From contig CAVYRF010000002.1 in NCBI GenBank assembly GCA_963770895.1, positions 4,736,001-4,800,000 of the forward strand: a stretch of DNA of 64,000 nt, given 5' to 3'. Positions 8,131-17,142 of the stretch are shown piece by piece. Made by a program: the position numbers and the translations under genes. The notes beneath the pieces were generated by a model, which saw nothing but the letters and a program-made list of their open reading frames with translations, ran no database searches and was not told where the DNA came from. The stretch comes from an uncultured Acidobacteriota bacterium (GTDB lineage: Bacteria > Acidobacteriota > Thermoanaerobaculia > Multivoradales > UBA5704). How positions within the stretch are numbered: position 1 is the first letter of the stretch; the number at the start of each line of letters is the position of its first letter.

Positions 8131-9585
8131 TTACGCGTACTCGAAAAGCGCCATGAAACCGAAGTCCATGTGCAGCTGCTGGTGGCAGTGGAAGAGGGTG
8201 CGGCCGGGATTGTCGGCGACGAAGTCGAAGGAGAGCTCCTGGAACCCACCCAGCATCACGACATCTTTGATGACGCCGGCGGTCGCCTTGCCGCCGATGT
8301 TGGTCAGCTCGAAGCTGTGCCGGTGTAGGTGCAGCGGGTGGATGTCGTCGCTTGCGTTGCGGACATTCACCCGGTAGCGGCGTCCCTGATGGATCGTGTA
8401 CGTGGGTTGCAAGGGGTCCATCGAGAAGGGTTTGCCATTGAGCGTCCAGACATTGAAGCCGTGTGCGGCGGCGTTGTGTTTGACGATCGTGATGTCGATC
8501 GTCTCGTCGGGCGTTGCCGTGGATGGACCGAGCTTGCCAAAGCGGGTATAGGCCCAATGGAAAGGCTTGGGTTTGATCCAGTGCGGCTTGCCGCCGCGGC
8601 CAGCGTATTCGACGACGGTCCCCATGCCATGACGGCGGTCGTCGTCGGCGAGATCGCCCATGACCCAGACGCCCGGGTGATTCATCTCGACGATCGCGGA
8701 GATGCGCTCGGCCGTGCCCAGCCATAGCACCGGCACCTCGGCTGGTGTCGGCACCGGGTTGCCGTCGAGCGCCACCACGCGGAAGACGTGCCCGGGCAAC
8801 GCGAGGCTGCGAATCTCCGTCGCGCTCGCGTTGAGCACGTGGAACAGCACCCGCTCTCCTTGCTTGACGCGGATCGGCTGGCCATGCCCGAGCATGACTC
8901 CATTGATGCTGAACAGCTCGTAGCCGACCTCGAATCCCTTGGGCGTAGCCTTGGAAGCCGCGTCGGCGGCGTTTCCGATCTGCTTGAGCTCGGCGAGCGG
9001 ATTGCCGGCAAGGCAATCCATCGCCATGTCGCCGCCGCGGCTGAAGGCCGGCGCGAACTCCTTCATCACCAGGAAGATCTCCCGATCGTAGGCGCCGGGA
9101 TCGCTGGCGGGCTCGATGTAGACCGGACCGGCCTGGCCGGTGTAGGTGCCGCGGTTGAGGTCGCTCCCGGCGATGACGTGCGTGTGATAAAAGCGGAAGC
9201 CCGCCGGCTTCGGCACCCAGGCAATCCGCCGCCGGCCGTGCGCGGGAACGAAGGGCGAACCTTCCTCGGCTGCGCCGTCGACGTCGGTCGGGATCTTCTG
9301 GCCGTGCCAATGGACCAACTCCGGCGTGTCCGTGTCGTTGAGGATGTCGACCACCACCCGCCGGCCTTCGTGCAAACGGAGGAGCGGTCCCGGGAACTGG
9401 CCGTTGTAGAGCGTCGTGGACACGATATGGTCCGGCGCGACCTCGACCAGCCCGGTAGCGATGCGCAACGTGTAGTCGGCCTGCTCATCGGTGGCTGCGT
9501 CGACAGCTCGTGCAAAGCGCGGCAAGGCGCCAAGGAGCGGCACCAGCCCGGCAAGCTTGAGCAGCGAACGGCGATCGATCGTCAT
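8131..9585 (-). CDS. Tat-exported multicopper oxidase
   Basis: DRRSLLK Tat motif; HWH, HTH, HPLHLH and HCHQQLHMDFGFM copper motifs. Confidence 0.93.
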   Translation of the reverse strand: MTIDRRSLLKLAGLVPLLGALPRFARAVDAATDEQADYTLRIATGLVEVAPDHIVSTTLYNGQFPGPLLRLHEGRRVVVDILNDTDTPELVHWHGQKIPTDVDGAAEEGSPFVPAHGRRRIAWVPKPAGFRFYHTHVIAGSDLNRGTYTGQAGPVYIEPASDPGAYDREIFLVMKEFAPAFSRGGDMAMDCLAGNPLAELKQIGNAADAASKATPKGFEVGYELFSINGVMLGHGQPIRVKQGERVLFHVLNASATEIRSLALPGHVFRVVALDGNPVPTPAEVPVLWLGTAERISAIVEMNHPGVWVMGDLADDDRRHGMGTVVEYAGRGGKPHWIKPKPFHWAYTRFGKLGPSTATPDETIDITIVKHNAAAHGFNVWTLNGKPFSMDPLQPTYTIHQGRRYRVNVRNASDDIHPLHLHRHSFELTNIGGKATAGVIKDVVMLGGFQELSFDFVADNPGRTLFHCHQQLHMDFGFMALFEYA

Positions 9586-9791
9586 GGTCGATTTCCTCAC
9601 CGAGGTGTGGCGCCTGGGGAACCCTGGACGCCTGCTGAGCCCTCCGTATGCACCCGCGTGACCGGAGGAGGCGGGGCGGTTCTACAATGCTGTGGATCGC
9701 CTGCGGCGCCGAGGGTGGTAGCGACCCCGCCGCCGCTTCCTTTGAGCACCAACGTGGCAATGATACCGCTCCCATGAGCAGTGGCTCGCCA

Positions 9792-9836
9792 GCGGCCGGG
9801 CAGCGGGCCGGGAAGGCGACGCTCGGACAGGTGGCG
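9792..9836 (+). repeat. 45-bp repeat, copy B
   Basis: 43/45 identical to 6409-6453. Confidence 0.85.
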
Positions 9837-10148
9837 GGGACCGCCGGCGGCGTGCCGCGTGCCGTCTGGTTGGAGCCGGGTGCACACTGCACATCCGCTG
9901 ATCCGGCGCTGCGCCGGAGATGGTTGGAGTGTAGTGTGCGGAGCCGAGAGGGCTTGCCTTCCCGGCCCCGGTTGTGGGTGCCAGGGATCGTTGCCGAGTG
10001 AGGATCTACTACAATACCGCTAGCGCGTCCGCCTGCGGAGGCGAAGAAGGAGACGTGCCTGGTTGCGGCACCTCCGATGTCCAAGCTGACCGCCTGCGGC
10101 GGCGGCTTGGCTTGAGCGCGATGGGCCACCGCCAAGAGGTCGGGCGAC

Positions 10149-10658
10149 ATGTCTGGGATAAAACATCATCGATGGAGCTTTGCGTTCCGCCGGCCTCGAG
10201 CTGCGAGTTGGTGCTGGCGCTGCTGCTTGGCGCTGGCGCTGCTTGAGGCGGGTTGTGTCGTCCATTGGCATCCGCCGCCCCAGGGGGCAGGCGGCGCTTG
10301 GGACCCGGCTGCTCACCCCGAGCTGCCCGCAGTTGAGGTGGTGGCGAGCGGGCAGGTGGTGCGGTCTTACAGGACGATCGGTACCGTGCATGCCCTCGGA
10401 TCGATGGGGGAGCAGGAGGCCTTGATCGTGCTGAGGCAGGAGGCGCAGGCGCTGCGCGGCGACGCCCTGCTCAACGTCCACAGGCGTGGCTTGACCGCCA
10501 CGACCCTCGACGCGTCCACCAGTCTGGCCGAGCAACTGTGGGAGGCTACCGTGATCGTGTGGACGGATCCTCCCGCAGAAGCCGTGGCGCCGGAAGCGCC
10601 GAGTGCGCCGCCGATTCCGCATCGTGGCGAGTGGCGACTTGGAGCCGGGCGGCTGTAG
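10149..10658 (+). CDS. Putative lipoprotein (YbjQ-like fold)
   Basis: LEAGC lipobox-like; 'YRTIGTVHA...LRQEAQALRGDALLNV' pattern. Confidence 0.55.
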   Translation: MSGIKHHRWSFAFRRPRAASWCWRCCLALALLEAGCVVHWHPPPQGAGGAWDPAAHPELPAVEVVASGQVVRSYRTIGTVHALGSMGEQEALIVLRQEAQALRGDALLNVHRRGLTATTLDASTSLAEQLWEATVIVWTDPPAEAVAPEAPSAPPIPHRGEWRLGAGRL

Positions 10659-10714
10659 AACGCGGGACATCCGCGCCGGCTGCCGGCGCTGCGGGCGCTG
10701 GCCAGCGACCCGTT

Positions 10715-10927
10715 ATGACAATCGGACTCGACGATCGCTATCGTGACGAAAACGGACGGATCCATGCAAAGCGTGGCGATACACTTGTACGGACACTCCG
10801 CGGAATATACGGCTCGAGCTTTGCCGCGGGATTTCCTGCCGATACGACGCTGGACCGATTGCTCGATGGAACCGGTTTCTCATCGCTGAGCCAATATGTG
10901 AAGCATCACGGGCATTCCCAAGGGTAG
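10715..10927 (+). CDS. Small hypothetical protein
   Basis: MTIGLDDRYRDENGRIHAKRGDTLVRTLRGIYG...SLSQY; compact 70-aa ORF. Confidence 0.65.
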   Translation: MTIGLDDRYRDENGRIHAKRGDTLVRTLRGIYGSSFAAGFPADTTLDRLLDGTGFSSLSQYVKHHGHSQG

Positions 10928-10984
10928 CGGCAAGCCCGCGCGCCGCCGCTGCGGCCGGGCGGCATCGATCGAGTGCCAGCGCGG

Positions 10985-11314
10985 TGACCCGCACGGCGGC
11001 TTGCCAGAGCGGCCGGATGAAGGGCTCGCAGCGCGCTTCATGGCGACTGTCGGCGCTTGCCACACCGACGACGTCCCGTCCCAAGCGCGCGGCTTCGTCG
11101 AGAAAGCCGCCCGAGTAACACTGATCGGCGATCAGGATCAATCGCGCGAAGGGGAGCGGCGCCAGAAGGAGGAGGAAGGCGCCAGCCGTGATCAGACCAC
11201 TTTCCAGATTGAGAAAGGGGGGCCGAAGGCGCGCCCGCCATGGCCGGTGAGATAGACGAGCAGCAGGTCTTGTGGCCGTATCTCGCGGCGCAATAGCTCC
11301 ACGGCTTGGTCGAG
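10985..11314 (-). pseudogene. Clan CD (C13/caspase-like) cysteine peptidase fragment
   Basis: LLVYLTGHGG and ILIADQCYSGGF dyad motifs in two frames, joined by one shift near the G6 run at 11217-11222; 5' end replaced by R4. Confidence 0.7.
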
Positions 11315-11330
11315 GCCGGCGGGGTGTCTG

Positions 11331-11500
11331 TTCGCAGGGCTGGCTGTTGGGCGAGGGCGCACCGCGGGCTCAGGGTTTGGCGAGTGCGCGGTTGCGTGGG
11401 CAAGGGTGCTGGTGGGGCAGGCGGACGGCTCTGGCGCGATGGGCCGGGGGGAGAAGCGCACGGGGGCCGTGGTGCGCGCGAGGCATAAGAATCGAAGGCG
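11331..11500 (+). repeat. 170-bp hairpin repeat, copy R4
   Basis: Same conserved arms as R1. Confidence 0.9.
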
Positions 11501-11581
11501 AGTGGGCGGGCGCGCCGACGCGGGCTTGGCCTTTGTGCCACCTGGCGCGGCCGCGGTGTTTCGTCATGGATTGCGACCGCG

Positions 11582-11597
11582 TTGGCACAGTATTGGT
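11582..11597 (+). promoter_or_regulatory. Possible sigma54 -24/-12 promoter
   Basis: TTGGCACAGTATTGGT; one mismatch (C>G at -12) to TGGCAC-N4-TTGC. Confidence 0.35.
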
Positions 11598-11627
11598 TGC
11601 GGGGCGAACACCCAAGGAGAACACGCC

Positions 11628-11783
11628 ATGAAAAAGCAGATCCGCCACCTGTTGCTCCATCGCGAGACCCTGCAGAACCTGAACGCTGCGAACCTGCCCA
11701 GGGCGGTCGCCGGCGCCGCGACCTCGCCGCCGGTGTGCGAGAACAGCGGCAACGCCATCACCCACTGCACGGGCTGCTGCTAG
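11628..11783 (+). CDS. RiPP (lanthipeptide-like) precursor peptide 1, 51 aa
   Basis: AAGGAG SD; MKKQIRHLLLHRETLQNLNAANLPRAVAG-AATSPPVCENSGNAITHCTGCC. Confidence 0.8.
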   Translation: MKKQIRHLLLHRETLQNLNAANLPRAVAGAATSPPVCENSGNAITHCTGCC

Positions 11784-11979
11784 GTAGCCGCCAGCGATCG
11801 CACCGGGCCGGCTGCGGCCGGCCCCGCCTCGGGCGCTTCAGGTGCGCCGCTGCCGGCGGCAGCGCACCTCGGCGAGGTCTGGGGCACCCGCATCCGGGCC
11901 ACCTATCCGCAGTCGCAGCCCGGGACGTCCGGGAGCCGGGAGCGGCGGCGCCGGGGCCGCAAGCCCGGCGCGGTTTGTG

Positions 11980-12150
11980 TTTGCAGGGCTGGCTGCTACC
12001 CGAGCGCGCACCGCAGGCTCAGGGTTTGGCGAGTGCGCGGTGGAGTCGGCAATATTTCTGGTGGGGCGGATGGATGGAGTTGGGAGCTATCGGCCGGAGT
12101 GCGAAGCGCACGGGGGCCGCGGTGCGCGCGAGGCAAGAGATTCGAAGGAG
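11980..12150 (+). repeat. 170-bp hairpin repeat, copy R5
   Basis: Same conserved arms as R1. Confidence 0.9.
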
Positions 12151-12313
12151 CTAGGGGGGCTGGATCTGGCAGGGTCGTTCCCCCGTTCCCCCGTTCCCCG
12201 AAAGGAAGGCAGCGCCGGCAGGCGTTCTCATTCGCCCCTCCGCTGTCTCGCATCCGAGAGGCGTGGGCACCCGACTTGATGGGACGCTACTCGAATCCGG
12301 AAAGGAAAAGCCC

Positions 12314-12460
12314 ATGAGAAAGACCCTGAAGCCCATCCGCTTGCAGCGCGAGACCCTGAAGCATCTGACCGATGGCACGCTCGACAAGGTGCGCGCCGCC
12401 TGGCGCGAGAACACCAACTACATCAGCTGCCCGAATCCGCAGACCTGCCTCGGCTGCTGA
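12314..12460 (+). CDS. RiPP (lanthipeptide-like) precursor peptide 2, 48 aa
   Basis: AAGGA SD; MRKTLKPIRLQRETLKHLTDGTLDKVRAA-WRENTNYISCPNPQTCLGC. Confidence 0.8.
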   Translation: MRKTLKPIRLQRETLKHLTDGTLDKVRAAWRENTNYISCPNPQTCLGC

Positions 12461-12891
12461 GCCCCCTGCCTGCACAAGAAGGCCGATCGCCGGCCCGGCC
12501 GGCCCGCTGAGCGATTGCGGGCAGGCCGCGCAGTCGACGATTTCGGGAGCCAGGAGATCGCCGGCAATCGCCAAGTCCATTTGGCCCTGCTTGCCCAGGA
12601 AGCGTGCGCAAGTGGAGGTAGGCTTCGACGGCCGCCGCGGCCGGTGCAGCGCCACCATGTGACGGAAATGGTCGGGACCGCCGGCGTAGGCCGTGAGTGA
12701 ACATCTGCTGCCTTGATTGCGGTGCGTTCGGCGTTACTGGCGGAATGGCTGAGGGCGGGGGGGCGGGGGCAGTGGTGGGATGTGATGTCGCTGCTGGGAG
12801 GCGGTGCAGGAGGGGATGGGGGGGGAGGTGGCGGCGCTGGCGGCTGCTGGCGTCCGACCAGGGCAACCATGTATAACCTGTACAGGCCGTC

Positions 12892-14136
12892 GTGGCCTGG
12901 ACCGAGCTGGTAAAGTTGTACGAGCCGCACATGCAACCAACCACCAGAGCCGACGTGGCACCGCAACTCCTTCGCTGGGCGCGCGAGACCGCCGGTCTCT
13001 CCGCCGAGGAAGCTGCGCGCCAGCTCGGGGTCAAGCCAGACCGCCTGGGCGAATGGGAAGCAGGGCAGCTCAGTCCGACTGTGCCTCAGTTGCGCAAGGC
13101 TGCGGCCATGTACAAGCGGTCTCTGGCGACGTTCTTCCTGGCCGAACCGCCGGCGACGGCGGCGCCCCCCCACGACTTCCGGCGACTTCCCCCGGAGGGA
13201 CGCGGCGAGGCTGCGCTGTCTCCGGCCTTGCTTCTCGCCATTCGCCGAGCGAACCGCCGCCGCCGCATCGCGGTCGAGCTGGCGCGCGAGAACGGCGCTT
13301 CGCCTCAGCCGTTTTCGGTTCGCGGGGAGCCGAGCGACGACGAGGAGCTGGGCGCTCGCCTGCGGTCGTTCCTCGGCGTGGCGCTCGACGACCAGATGAA
13401 GTGGAGAGGAGACTACCAGCCGCTCAACGCCTGGGTCGCGGCACTCGAATCAAGGGACGTCCTGGTGTTTCAGGCAAGCCACATCTCGGTAGGGGAGATG
13501 CGCGGCTTCTCGATCAGCGAGCGCACCTTCCCAGTGATTGTCCTCAATTCCAAGGACTCGCCCCGCGGGCGGGTATTCACCCTGATGCACGAGCTGGTCC
13601 ACCTGGCCCTGAGCGAAGGCGGTGTCTGCGATCCGCTGGAAGCCCGCCGTGGCGCCCACAGCCGGGACGACGAGGTCGAGGTCTTTTGCAGTCGCATCGC
13701 CGGCGCGGTCCTGGTTCCGGCCGAGGCGCTGCTGGCGCCGCCACTGGTGCGCGCCGCCGCGCAGCCGCAGGAATGGGACGACTCGGAGCTGCATCGGCTG
13801 GCGCAGTTTTTCGGGGTCAGCGACGAGGTGATTCTGCGGCGCCTGCTCATCCTGCGGAAGACCACCGAGGCGTTTTATGAGGCCAGGCGCCGCGCCTACC
13901 AGAGAGCCTACACGGCGATGAGGATCGCAGACGCGGCCAAGCCGATACGGATTCCACCGTCCGTGATCGTGGTGCGCAACAATGGGCGCCTTTACACTCG
14001 GTTAGTTCTGGCAGCGCTCGACAGCGACAGGATCACCTTTGCCGACGTTGCCGACTATCTGGGCACAAACCTCAAGCACCTGGACGCGATTGCCGATCTG
14101 GTCGGAGCCGCGCGTCCCGCCGAGGCCATGGTGTGA
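12892..14136 (+). CDS. XRE HTH + ImmA/IrrE family metallopeptidase
   Basis: LRWARETAGLS...WEAG HTH; RVFTLMHELVH HExxH motif; start may be ATG 12931. Confidence 0.9.
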   Translation: MAWTELVKLYEPHMQPTTRADVAPQLLRWARETAGLSAEEAARQLGVKPDRLGEWEAGQLSPTVPQLRKAAAMYKRSLATFFLAEPPATAAPPHDFRRLPPEGRGEAALSPALLLAIRRANRRRRIAVELARENGASPQPFSVRGEPSDDEELGARLRSFLGVALDDQMKWRGDYQPLNAWVAALESRDVLVFQASHISVGEMRGFSISERTFPVIVLNSKDSPRGRVFTLMHELVHLALSEGGVCDPLEARRGAHSRDDEVEVFCSRIAGAVLVPAEALLAPPLVRAAAQPQEWDDSELHRLAQFFGVSDEVILRRLLILRKTTEAFYEARRRAYQRAYTAMRIADAAKPIRIPPSVIVVRNNGRLYTRLVLAALDSDRITFADVADYLGTNLKHLDAIADLVGAARPAEAMV

Positions 14137-14162
14137 CAGTTTATGTGGTGGATAGCAGCGCC
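14133..14162 (+). pseudogene. N-terminal stub of a DUF4411/PIN-like partner
   Basis: GTGA overlap, then VTVYVVDSSA, resembling a PIN first strand plus Asp. Confidence 0.45.
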
Positions 14163-14201
14163 GAAGGCTGTGCTCCATCGCTGAGAGGCGGAGGACCGTC
14201 G

Positions 14202-15407
14202 TCATGGAGATCCGAGGACCGCCGGAGAGGATGATGCGGGACCTGAGGACGACGCAAGATTGACCATTTCTCTGATCGAATCGATGACCTCTCGCAGTAA
14301 CTTCAAGGAGATTGTCAGCTCGTACTCGTAGGCTGCTAAAGCCTCGCCAAGGTTCTTCTTTGGTTGGTCGAGCATGGCAGGCAGGTTCGAGACCGTCATC
14401 CGGTATTCCGCTAGAGTTGGTAGTGCGCTGGCCGTGGCAACCTCAGATTCAGTTAACGCTTGGAGTAGTGAACTGAGATATCCAGCTGCCATCCCGCCTG
14501 CGACCAGTGTGGAAATGATTGCAGCCAATCGTCCGTACGCGAGAGAGCCGTTCGCCCTAGAGAGCCGGAATGTGGGCAGCTCAAAGCGTAGGCGCTCAGC
14601 AAATTCGGTCATACATTTCGACACGCGCTCTACCGAGCGTTTTGTGAACGCCATGGCATCCGCCATGCTTCCAGTGCTTCTAATGGCGTTCAATTGCACT
14701 GTCTCGGCGCTCATCAGCTGCGTCATCTGGCGGATTAGAAGAGTAACCCGCTCTGTCGCCCTCGTACTTCTCTCGGTCTCAGAAGCAGACCACTCGCTGG
14801 TTTCCCGCAGATCTGCGCTCATTCCAGTGGCGCCAGTGGCCGGAATAAGCTTTGCTCCGTCAGACGCATTACGCCAAGCTCTTGCGATCTTTTGCAGAGT
14901 CCTTGATAGATGAAACCGTAGGAGCGATTCGAACTGCTCGGTGTCACTAAACGACCAATCGAGCAAGCCAAGGTTCCTGGTGCCTTCTCGAAAAGACCGA
15001 ACCTTCGCCAGCTGGTCGATGTTCACGTCAAAGGGCAGCGCGGCTTCCTTGAAGTAGAGCATAATTGCTGGCCTACCATCAGGGACTGACCGGTTCTGAT
15101 AGGCTCTTTTGAACTCTTCTTCCGTTCCCGATTCAGCCCGTGGAGTGGGAGTGCCAAATCGCGACCATAAAATTCCGAGAAAAATGTCATGATCGTTCCC
15201 AAGCTGTTCATTAAGAACAGCCTGTGCGTCAGAGCCAGCGGCGGGATAACCATGGGTCTCCCAGCGGATAACCTCGATATTGAAGCCCAGCACTTCAGAC
15301 CATAGCGCATTGAGCTCGATGACTACTCTTGTAGCTACCGCTCGCTCGGCAGTCACATCATTGGGCGAGGACACAAACACGCGGATACGTGGAAATCCTT
15401 CGATCAT
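14202..15407 (-). CDS. DUF4062 (TIR/NDT-like) domain protein with helical C-terminus
   Basis: RVFVSSPNDV.AER...DIFLGILWSRFGTPT..SGTEEEF; visibly lower GC than flanks. Confidence 0.85.
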   Translation of the reverse strand: MIEGFPRIRVFVSSPNDVTAERAVATRVVIELNALWSEVLGFNIEVIRWETHGYPAAGSDAQAVLNEQLGNDHDIFLGILWSRFGTPTPRAESGTEEEFKRAYQNRSVPDGRPAIMLYFKEAALPFDVNIDQLAKVRSFREGTRNLGLLDWSFSDTEQFESLLRFHLSRTLQKIARAWRNASDGAKLIPATGATGMSADLRETSEWSASETERSTRATERVTLLIRQMTQLMSAETVQLNAIRSTGSMADAMAFTKRSVERVSKCMTEFAERLRFELPTFRLSRANGSLAYGRLAAIISTLVAGGMAAGYLSSLLQALTESEVATASALPTLAEYRMTVSNLPAMLDQPKKNLGEALAAYEYELTISLKLLREVIDSIREMVNLASSSGPASSSPAVLGSP

Positions 15408-15482
15408 AGAGCACCGAGTTTTCTACGTTGGTCAGGGGCAAGAGCTCGTTTAGTCTTTGCTTGCGGGGTTTGGATTGCAGTG

Positions 15483-15668
15483 CGAAGGTCCGCGCGTTGT
15501 CAGGATGTGCGCGTGGTGGGTCAGCCGATCCAGCGAGGATCCGCGGCCCGGCTGCTGATTCCCGCACCGGGGACACAGCTTGCGGCAGATGTCACCGACT
15601 GGCGTATCGGCTTCTGACTGCCGGAGCGCCATGGCGATCTGCTCCCCCGTGAACCGGCTGTTCCTCAC
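15483..15668 (-). mobile_element. Chimeric IS scar: IS3-family OrfA N-terminus + IS21 IstB C-terminal fragment
   Basis: VRNSRFTGEQIAMALRQSEADTPVGDICRKL followed by LDRLTHHAHILTTRGPS. Confidence 0.75.
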
Positions 15669-15784
15669 TGGGCTGCCCCCTTCCCCGTCGGGAGCTGGGG
15701 GGACCGCGTACCAGCTATTCCGAGAGTCGCTCTGGTCCAAGATCCGGGGCTACCCACCCAATTAATTGTATTACCCTTAAAGAG

Positions 15785-15856
15785 TATCCCCAACGGGATT
15801 CGAACCCGTGTTGCCGCCTTGAAAGGGCGGAGTCCTAACCACTAGACGATGGGGAC
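15785..15856 (-). tRNA. tRNA-Glu (anticodon UUC), CCA not encoded
   Basis: GTCCCCA acceptor stem, D arm, CCGCC-CT-TTC-AA-GGCGG anticodon arm, GGTTCGAATCC T loop. Confidence 0.97.
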
Positions 15857-15979
15857 TTGAGACTGCGGCCCGGGCAGGGGCGCGTCGGTCGGTCGGAGAT
15901 AAGGCTAACACAGGCGGTGCGGCGGAGCGAAGCTGGCGGCTGAGGTTGTCCTGCGGCCGATCGGTGTGTGGCTTTGCCG

Positions 15980-16354
15980 CTAGAGCTCGAGCAGGTTGCT
16001 GTGCTGGAGGAGGGTGCGGACGGCGGCGACGATGGCGAGGGGGTCGGTGTGCTCGGCGTTGGCGATGCAGACGGAGACGTGGCCTTGGGAGATGGGCTGG
16101 ACCAGCTGGAAGAAGTTGCCGTAGCGGACCAGGAGGTAGCGGAGGCCGCCGCAGTCCAGGTTGCCGCGCTGGGTGGTGAGCTTGAGGAGGGCGGGGTTGA
16201 CGAAGAGCTCTTCGTAGCGGTCGGTTTCGTTGGAGCCTTCGCCGATGACGCCGGGACGCTGCCACATGCTGAGGGCGTTGGCGCGATAGAGGGCGACGTA
16301 GCGGACGTCGGGGGAGGCGGCGAAGATCTCGGCGACCAGGGAGTCGAAGACCAC
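15980..16354 (-). CDS. Hypothetical protein (possibly roadblock/longin-like)
   Basis: 124-aa ORF with high-GC codon bias. Confidence 0.7.
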   Translation of the reverse strand: MVFDSLVAEIFAASPDVRYVALYRANALSMWQRPGVIGEGSNETDRYEELFVNPALLKLTTQRGNLDCGGLRYLLVRYGNFFQLVQPISQGHVSVCIANAEHTDPLAIVAAVRTLLQHSNLLEL

Positions 16355-16443
16355 GAACTCATCTTACCTCGGGCTGGAGGGGGCGGAGTGAGATGCCCGG
16401 CTGGCCGGATGGGGCGGTGGTGTGGGCGGTGCGCCGGCGGCGA

Positions 16444-17142
16444 TCAGGCGGGCAGCGGGTTGGTTGCCGCGGGGGTGCCGGCGCGGCTGAAGGCTCGGTC
16501 GTCGAGCCAGCGGGTGATGAGGCGGAGGGCTTCGGGGCGGATTTCGTGGCCCATGTCGAATTCGCGGTAGGTGAGGCTGACGCCGAAGGGGCGGAGGAGC
16601 TCGCGGGATTGGCGGGCCTGCTCGATGTCGATCCGGTTGTCGGCGGTGCCGTGGACGACCAGGACGGGGAAGCCGTCCTGCTCGGGCAGGCGTGGCAGGT
16701 CTTCGGCCAGGGGGACGGGGAACCAGCTGGAGAGGGCGGCCAGGCCGCTGTAGCGGGTGGGGTGGCGCAGGGCCAGGTCGTAGGCCATCATGCCGCCCTG
16801 GCTGAAGCCGGCGACGGCGAAGGCTTGGGGATCGATGGGGTAGCGGGCCTGGGCCTGGGCGGCGAAATCGCGCAGCTCGCCGGCGGCGTGGCGGAAGGCG
16901 TCGTGGTCGGGGGGGAGGCCGGGCTGGAGGGGGAACCAGCCATAGCCCCTTTCGCCGCCGCCGATGGGGAGCACGATGGGACCCTGCGGGCAGAGGACCA
17001 GGGCGCGGCCGCCGTGGATGAAGGGGGCGAGGCCGAAGAGGTCGTGGGCGTTGGCGCCCCAACCGTGGAGCAGGAGGAGGGTGGGGAAGGGGCCTTCGCC
17101 GGCGGGCACGTGCGCGGTGTAGAGGAGCTGGGAGGCGCTCAT
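16444..17142 (-). CDS. Phospholipase/carboxylesterase (alpha/beta hydrolase)
   Basis: LLHGWG, GFSQGG, HGTAD, MGH motifs. Confidence 0.9.
   Translation of the reverse strand: MSASQLLYTAHVPAGEGPFPTLLLLHGWGANAHDLFGLAPFIHGGRALVLCPQGPIVLPIGGGERGYGWFPLQPGLPPDHDAFRHAAGELRDFAAQAQARYPIDPQAFAVAGFSQGGMMAYDLALRHPTRYSGLAALSSWFPVPLAEDLPRLPEQDGFPVLVVHGTADNRIDIEQARQSRELLRPFGVSLTYREFDMGHEIRPEALRLITRWLDDRAFSRAGTPAATNPLPA

Noticed and set aside
1630-12150. The 170-bp repeats as a CRISPR array, canonical integron attC sites or a protein repeat
   Set aside because: Units are too long and kilobases apart, with no cas genes; there are no RYYYAAC/GTTRRRY cores or intI; indels break the shared reading frame
12470-12890. 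Possible gene remnant and G-rich tract upstream of the XRE gene
   Set aside because: No recognisable family; the G-runs could form a quadruplex but nothing supports a function
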